Origin: Dictyostelium discoideum | Lineage: Eukaryota | Length of the DNA stretch: 64,000 bases | Direction: 5' to 3' | NCBI GenBank assembly: GCA_000004695.1 | Contig: CM000152.2 | Coordinates: 928,001 to 992,000 of the forward strand | Part shown: in pieces, positions 56,227 to 64,000 of the stretch | How positions within the stretch are numbered: position 1 is the stretch's first letter | Layout: each line of letters begins with the position of its first letter | Translations under genes and position numbers: made by a program | Notes under the pieces: generated by a model | The model's database searches: none | What the model was told of the DNA's origin: nothing | The model's input: only the letters and a program-made list of their open reading frames with translations

Positions 56227-56484
56227 CTTTTTTCTAAAAATATGACTTGGTTTTAAAAACTCGTTAGATTACCTGAAATTTTTTTTTTTTTAATTTTTTT
56301 TATTTTTTATTTTTTTATTTTTTATTTTTTTTTTTTATTTTATTTTTATTTTTTATTTTTATTTTATTTTATTTTTTTTTTTTTTTTTGATTCCCAACAA
56401 AGCACTGATTTGATTGATTTAAATTATTTTAATTTTAAGAAAGTTTGTCTTTCTTAAAAATTTTTATTAAACGCTTAAAATAAT

Positions 56485-56496
<12 letters not shown>

Positions 56497-56515
<19 letters not shown>

Positions 56516-56560
56516 TAAAAATAAAAATAAAAATAAAAATAAAAATAAAAATCAAATAAA
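56497..56560. repeat. (AAAAAT)n minisatellite of about 10 units upstream of the LRR-kinase gene.
   Basis: Direct reading: aaaaataaaaataaaaat.... Confidence 0.9.
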
Positions 56561-56667
56561 AGTAAAAATTATCGCTCACACACACATAAACAAAAAAAAA
56601 AAAAAAAAAAAATTCACTAAAAATATTATAATCACCAAATTAATAAACTAAACAAAATAAAAACCCG

Positions 56668-56706
<39 letters not shown>

Positions 56707-56752
56707 AAAAAAATAAAACCAAAGAACGCACCACAGTTAATCGATAATCGAT

Positions 56753-57497
56753 ATGAGTAAAGTTATTGGCTATATTGATTATGGTGACCCGGATGGAAAT
56801 GAAGAACCGTCAAAACAAAATGGTGAATATATAGATTATTCCAATGAAAATGGCTATAATGCTTACCATTCTGTGAATGGTGGTTATGACAAAGATAACA
56901 ACAACCACCACCACCACAATCAAGAGGAAGATTATGATTATGATAATAATACACACGTTAATTATCTAACAACAAAACATTCACAATTTCAATTAAGTAG
57001 AGGACGTTTATATCAGGGTCATCAAAGTTCTCATATAATTTATCCACATCAAAGTTATAAATTAAGTAATAGGTAATGTATATATATATATATATATATT
57101 TTTTTTACGTTTTTTCATTTTATTTATTTTTTTTTTTAAAATCTCACCATTCACACACACACACTTTTGTTCGTATTTTAATTATTAAGAATTTATTTAT
57201 TAACCAATTGACTTTATTATTATTAGTGGCGAAAGTATGAATAGATCAATTAACCAAAGTAAAGAAGAAGATCATTTAGAGAATAGTTTACATGATGATG
57301 AATATTTATATGGATATGAAGATCATCATGATGATCAAGCTAGTAGTATATCACAAGAATCATCACAAGGTTTAGATGAAACTGATTTTGATAATATAGA
57401 TAAATATTTTGAAAGTAATCAACATTTATTGTTACAAACTCTTCAAAATAATAATAATAATAATAGCAATAGCAATAGTAATAGCAATAGTAATAGC

Positions 57498-57553
<56 letters not shown>

Positions 57554-57822
57554 TACTAAAAATAATATAACTGATGAAAATCAATTAGAAATTCATTTAA
57601 ATGATTTATCAATTGATAGTGATAATAGTAATAATAAAATAAATAAACAATATGTAAATAGTGATAATAGTAATAATAATAATAGTAATAATAGTAATAA
57701 TAATAATATTGGAAGTAATATTAATAGTAATTGTAATATAGAAAATGAAAAAAATAGTAATAATACAGATGATAATAATAATAATAATAATATAGAAAAT
57801 GTAAATAAAATAAATATAGAAG

Positions 57823-57921
<99 letters not shown>

Positions 57922-58537
57922 TTGAAGTAATATCAAATAAACCAATTCAATTATTTTCAGATTATGATCCACCAATATTAACAACATCAACATCAACATC
58001 ACAAAGTAAAATAAAAACACAACAACCATTTTTATTTTTTAGTTCAAATTATTTAAATTCAAGTAGTACAGAATTAGATTTATCAGAACAAGAATTGAAT
58101 GAATTTCCAATATTCGATGAGAAAGAGATTGTTCAAGGTTACAAAATCATTGATTTATCATTTAACAATATTAAATCAATACCATTGGATGCATTTACAA
58201 ATATATCAAATCTTGAACAATTGATTATGTTTAATAATAATTTAAGTGATGTTCCATCATCAATTGAATTTTTAAAACATTTAACCATTTTAGATTTATC
58301 ACATAATAATTTACATGAAATTTGTAGAGAATTAGGTAATCTAAGTTTTTTACGTGAATTATATTTATCAAATAATTCTTTAAAAAAGTTTCCAACAACT
58401 GGTAATCTTTATAATCTTAAAAAATTAATTTTAGATAATAATCAAATTACAACTATACCAATTGAATGTGTTGAACCATTAATACAATTACAAACTTTAG
58501 ATTTATCATTTAATAAAATTGGTACAATAACTTCATC

Positions 58538-58569
<32 letters not shown>

Positions 58570-60653
58570 ATAATAATAATAATAATGGTGGTGGTGGTAG
58601 TATTTATCAAAAAATGAAAAATTTAAAACAATTAAATTTATCACATAATGAATTGCAAGAGATACCATCATCATTAAGACATTTATCAAAGTTACATAGT
58701 TTATCAATTGATTATAATCAAATTAGTGTTTTACCAGATAAGGTTGTGGCGTCATTATCACGTTTAGCTAAATTGACAATTTCAAATAATAAAATTAAAC
58801 AATTACCATTTGCAATTAATAATTTATCATCATTGATTGAATTAAATGCTTCAAATAATGTTATTGAACTTTTACCAGATTCAATTTGTTATCTAAGTAA
58901 TTTAAAGAAATTAAATTTAAATAATAATAATTTAAAAGAGTTACCAAGTAATATTGGTTTCTTAACTAAATTAGTAGATTTACAACTTTACAATAATCAA
59001 ATATCATCATTACCAATTAGTTTCTTAAAATGTCGTTCAATTAGAGAGATTGGTACCGATGGTAATCCATTACCTTCATATTATCATCTTGGTATAAAAG
59101 CAATTCGTTATCATATTAAAAATCCTGATTGTGATTTAGATGATCTTAATTCAATTTCACCAACAATTGATTCATCAACAATTGAACAACAACAACAACC
59201 AATTCAATTATTTGGAGGTGGTAATTATATTGATAGTAGTAATAACAATGGTAATGAATCATTTTGTAATAGTGGTGAATTATCACCATTAACTGATAGT
59301 TTAGAATGTATTGAAATGCCACCACCAATGCAAATATCTGAAAACCTTAGAAAACCATTAAATGTTAATTCACCATCTTATCCATTTCAAAAATTAGATC
59401 CAATTCCACAATCACTTTATTCTTCATCTAATCCAAGAAGTCATACTGAATCTGATATTCAAAAATTAAAAAATAATGATGAAACAATAACAACTACAAA
59501 TTCAAGTATTTCTACTACATCATCACCACCATCATTATTATTTGGAGTATCAATTAATGGGAATGGAATTATATCAACAACAACAACAACAACAACAACA
59601 ACAACCACCACCAATGGTAAAACTTTAAGTAGACAATCATCATTTCAACAAATTCCACAACAATTTAATTTATCAACATCAACAACAAATATTACAAAAT
59701 TACCAAGAATTAAATATACATGGGAAATTGATTTTGACGAAATTCAATTCTTTAATTTAATTGGTCAAGGTGGGTTTAGTAAAGTTTATCATGGTGTTTG
59801 GAGAAGTAAAGATGTTGCAATCAAACAAATAGAATTACAAAATAATAAATCATTGGATGATTTTAGAAGGGAAGTTGGTATTTTAAGTAAATTGAAACCA
59901 CATGAAAATCTATTAGCCTACTATGGCGCTTGTAAACATGCAAACTATTGTTACATCATCACAGAATATTTACCAAGAGGTTCACTACATGATCTATTAC
60001 ATCGTGAACAATTGATGAAATTAGATTTTAAACAAAAAGTTAGTTTTGCAATTTGTGTTGCATTGGGTTGTTATCATCTTTCAACCTATGAACCACCAAT
60101 TTATCATACAGATTTGAAAACAAAGAATTTATTAGTTACAAATGCTTTAAAAATTAAAATTGCTGATTTTGGTTTAGCTTCTTTTGCAAAGAAAAGTTTA
60201 ACAACAATAATCAATAATAATAATAATACTAATAATACTGCTACTAGTTCCACTACTACTTCTTCCGCCAATGGCGCAAATAGTATTTCCAACAACAACA
60301 ACAATGGTACAACTTCAGTCGATCAATCAAGATTAGCTTATGCTTTTTATGCTGCACCAGAAATTTTAAATTCAAAACATTTCTCTGAAAAATCAGATGT
60401 TTTCTCTTTTGGTACTATCTTATGGGAATTAGTTACAAATAAAATACCTTTTGATGGAATGGATCCATATGAAGTTAAAGAATTATTAAAATCTGGCAAA
60501 AGATTGGAAATACCTGAAAATTGTAATGAAGTTTTAAAAAATATAATTCAAGATTGTTGGAATCAACAATCTGAAGATAGACCAACTTTTTTAAGTATTT
60601 ATCATCGTTTGGAAAATTTAATGAAATCAATTACAAAAAAAAGGAGATTTTAA
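56753..60653 (+). CDS. Leucine-rich-repeat protein kinase (TKL-like). Two exons: 56753..57072 and 57227..60653. About 1250 aa.
   Basis: About 14 LRRs (LxxLxLxxNxL, e.g. LDLSFNKIGT, LSHNELQEIPSSL). Kinase domain: LIGQGGFSKVYHGVW, VAIKQI, catalytic loop HTDLKTKNLL (non-RD variant), DFGLA and a C-terminal DRPTF. GTAATG donor at 57073 and ttattag acceptor at 57225-57226, phase 2+1 giving AGT. Confidence 0.75.
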
Positions 60654-60829
60654 TCAAAAAAAGAAAAAAAAAAAAAGAAAAAAATAAAAAACAGTGTTCA
60701 AAATTATGGTTCTTAGATAATATCTATTCATATCTTTTTTTTTTTTTTTTTTTTTATCAAAATCTTTAAAACACAATTGTTTTATTTCGTATTTTTAACC
60801 AAGTAATCATCATCTCCATTTTTGTGTAT

Positions 60830-61330
60830 TTAAATAAACGAATAAAAAAAATCTGGTGAAATAAAATCACCTATATCATGTGCGCCAAATGGAACTCTAT
60901 GCCATAACTTTACAAAAAATAAATGGATGTTATTGGAATGGTAAATGATAAGTTTACCTTTAAAATCTTCAAGATGAGATGGATTTACTTTGAGATTTGT
61001 GATTATTATTGGTAAAATATATGCTTCCTTGTAATGCTTTTCTAAATTAATACAATTTTCATAAATGTTTTTTATAGCTTCTTTACCAAGATAGGAACCA
61101 CATGATGAAAATTTAGTATTAATAACAACCATTATATACTTTTTACCAATATGATCATTTGGCAATTCGAAACAAATTCTTATAGAAGTTTGTATTTCCA
61201 CTAGCTAATAAATTAACCGATTTGGTATTATTCGAAGAAATATATACGGTGGTACCTTCAGTTTTTGCTGAGCAAAATTTTATTGCCTTTTGTTAATCTG
61301 TGATTTCCAATTTATCATTGGATCTAAATA
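60830..61330 (-). pseudogene. Truncated, frameshifted tandem paralog of the 3' exon of the downstream NTPase gene, plus part of its intron.
   Basis: About 80% nucleotide identity to 62043..62600, including the acceptor-side intron sequence ctgaaaatgttaataaaa. It has a 2-nt deletion relative to the functional copy, so the ORF-track 'M' is a GTG. No homolog of the Walker-A exon is found upstream. Confidence 0.5.
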
Positions 61331-61908
61331 CATTGTGAAAATGTTAATAAAACAAGTCATAATTTAATGGACGATTTGGATTATCTTTTAAATTAATAAT
61401 GTGAATTTATTCATTCAATTGGATGTCATCATTATCATATAACTCTATGGATTTTAATAATTATTTTCTTTTGTTTTAATTAATTTATTTCCAATATTGA
61501 TAGTTGGTTTTATTTAAATATAAGAATCAAATTCATAAGGTAAACCATATTAAAAAAATGACCAAATATTAAATAAACAAATTAATTTCTTTCAATACCA
61601 TCAATTAATTCTAATTTTAAAGGTGGTGAATGTTTTTAAATAATAAATGTTTTGTTGTTTCATTCAATTGATAATGCTTCTTCTAATGATGTGACACCAG
61701 TTTGGTTGGAACATGAATAAAAAAGGTTTTTCTAATATTAGAAAATTGATTTAAAGTTTTATTATTTTTCCAATTATTATTATTAATAATATTAAAATAT
61801 TTATAAATGTTATAAAAAACATTATCAATTTCATATAAAAATACAAGTTATATTTAGTATTTTTAAAAAATCATCATCTCCATATTTGTGTTTAAATATA
61901 TGAACAAA

Positions 61909-61944
<36 letters not shown>

Positions 61945-62042
61945 ATTTACTAATTTTTAAGTAAAATACAGTTTATACTATTTGTTATTTGTTATTTATT
62001 AATTGAGCATTTCTAAAAATACTCGAGAGATTTTATAATATT

Positions 62043-63997
62043 TTATAAAGAAATGTTTTCTAATTCTTTGCAGAGGTTTAAATCTGGTGAAATAAAATCA
62101 CTTGTATCATGTGCACCAAAAGATACTCTATGCCATAACTTTCCAAAAAATAAATGGATGTTCTTGGAATGGTAAATGATAACCTTTCCTTTATTATCTT
62201 TAACATGAGATTGTTTTACTTTGAAATTTGTGATTATTATTGGTAAAATATATGCTTCTTTGTAATGATTTTTTAAATTGACACAATTTTCATAAATGTT
62301 TTTTATAGCTTCTTTACCAAGATAGGTATCACAATTTGAAAATTTAGTATAAATAACAACCATTAAATGCTTTTTACCACCACTTAAGTTTGACAATTCA
62401 AAACAAATTCTTATATCGAAGCTTGTTTTTCCATAACCTAATAAATTAACTGAATTGGTATTATTCGAATAAATATGTTCCTTGTTGTCCTCTGTTTTTG
62501 TTAAGCCAAATCTTATTGCATCTTGTGGATCTGTGATTTCTAATTTATCGTTGGATCTAAATATATTCTGAAAATGTTAATAAAATATTCAATATTGAAA
62601 AAAGTGTAATAAAATATGTTTCTGATATCTTACCTATATAACCATTTGGAGGTATGTTGATATAATATAACATTACGTATCTTTACTTCAATAACTGCTA
62701 ACTCATGACTAATATCATTATCCAATGGAAAAAATTTGACTAATTTTGAAATTGTATTATTGCTACTTTCGACAAAGGTGTTGATTTTGTTGAGGATAAG
62801 AATTGCTATATTTTCTTCAAATGGGGTAGATTTAGTATAATCGATTAAAGGGAATTTTGTTAATTTTTCTAAATGTGATATTTTTAATTTTTGTGCAATT
62901 TTATAAAGACCAAAAATTGGTACAAATATGACATTTCCTTCAACCGCTTCGTCATATTGAAGGAATAAGTGGCCAGTGTACGACCAATATTCTATGGTTT
63001 TGTCGCATACTATGGTGCTCCAACTTACTGGTATCCTGCAAATAGAGAGATATAAAATAGTTTCCCAGAATTTATTATCTACTATTTTAACAGATTGAAC
63101 TTTTTTAACCAACTCTATTCCAAGACCACTGATGAAAGATGGAATGTCTATATCGTCTTTTTCAATGTTTTTCATTAATTCTAAATCCAATAACCACTGA
63201 AGGTATCTTGGAATTACACCAAGATCTCTAATAAATATGATAAATAATTTATCTTCTAATATTGTGGTCGTTGGTTTATTCTGGAGTATTGGTATATTAA
63301 ATCTATGTTTGATTATATCTTTACAAGATTCATAGCTTAATGGTGTTAAAGTAATTGATTTATAAGTCCACTGTGAGAGATGAATTTCGTGTTGTAAAAT
63401 TGTTGTGGTACCAGTTAATATTGGAATTATAAAAACATTACTAAGGGAGGCATCAGATTGGTCGGTTCCTTTACATCTATAAAATCCCAACAATTCTATC
63501 ATTTGCTTTATAAAATGTTGATTTTGTGTACAAGCTATTTCGTGTGCCATGGGAAATTCATCCAAGTGGATAAGAATAGAGAGAGTGTTTTTACCTCCAT
63601 GACCATGGTCACGACTATACAACTTAGAAATATAATGCAAAACATTTTTTACAGTAAACAAATGTTTCTCTTCTGTGTATAAATTTAAATTTGATCCAGC
63701 CAATGATGAACCTAAAACTCCTCTGATGAATAATCTTTTTGCGAGAGCCACTTGACAGGTATCTTCTTTTACTTCTTCAATTGAAATTGCATCACCGCCA
63801 CCGTTGAAGTCAATAAATATATACATTAAATTCTTCATTGTTTCTGCTAATTCTTTATTTCTCTTCCATTGATTACTCTTTAAAAAATTCCAACACTCTC
63901 TGCCAAATCTTGTTTTACCAATACCAGAACCAGTTAAACATTGTAAAAAGTAGTGATTTACTCTTTCTTTATCATTTGCAATAAAATAGTTGAACAT
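62043..63997 (-). CDS. P-loop NTPase of an unassigned family, possibly STAND/AAA-like. Exons 63997(or beyond the window)..62634 and 62556..62043. The 5' end may be truncated by the window edge.
   Basis: Walker A LTGSGIGKTRFG and Walker B-like LSILIHLDEFP. GTAAGA donor at 62633 and TTTAG acceptor at 62558..62557, phase 2+1 giving AGA. The C-terminal exon encodes HLMVVIYTKFSNCDTYLGKEAIKNIYENC.... Confidence 0.55.
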
Positions 63998-64000
63998 TTC

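Overview
The window is a very AT-rich, gene-dense eukaryotic chromosomal segment with the hallmarks of a dictyostelid (Dictyostelium-like) nuclear genome. Most of it is explained by about 22 protein-coding genes on both strands; I could not assign an RNA gene with confidence. I find no CRISPR array, no prokaryotic operon and no mobile element. The most interesting locus is at 60.8-64.0 kb: a P-loop NTPase gene next to a truncated, frameshifted tandem paralog, which looks like a young, fast-evolving family.

Evidence for the organism call:
- Intergenic regions consist almost entirely of A/T homopolymers.
- Introns are short (60-260 bp), start with GTAAGT or GTATGT and end in AG.
- Coding regions carry long (AAT)n, (CAA)n and (ACA)n triplet runs that encode polyN, polyQ and polyT tracts.
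- The supplied ORF track uses TTG/GTG as 'M', so true starts were re-derived by hand.

Genes recognised from conserved motifs:
- Sar1 GTPase (4 exons)
- mRNA cap guanine-N7 methyltransferase
- a TANGO6/Rtp1-like HEAT-repeat protein
- a hybrid histidine kinase
- RtcB RNA ligase
- a C2-RasGAP
- a CDK9-like kinase
- a DTW-domain protein divergently paired with adenylate kinase 6 (Fap7)
- alkaline phosphatase
- PP2C phosphatase
- a TUL1/FLY1-like transmembrane RING-H2 E3 ligase
- HemK-like glutamine methyltransferase
- an LRR protein kinase
- a GT11/GT23-type fucosyltransferase

Secondary observations:
- a DUSE-like ncRNA promoter motif (AACCCATAA) next to an unusual C-rich tract in a convergent 3' intergenic region
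- variant catalytic motifs in the two kinases
- a tight divergent pair of RNA-processing genes
- two unusually large gene-free AT-rich intervals of 4-5 kb
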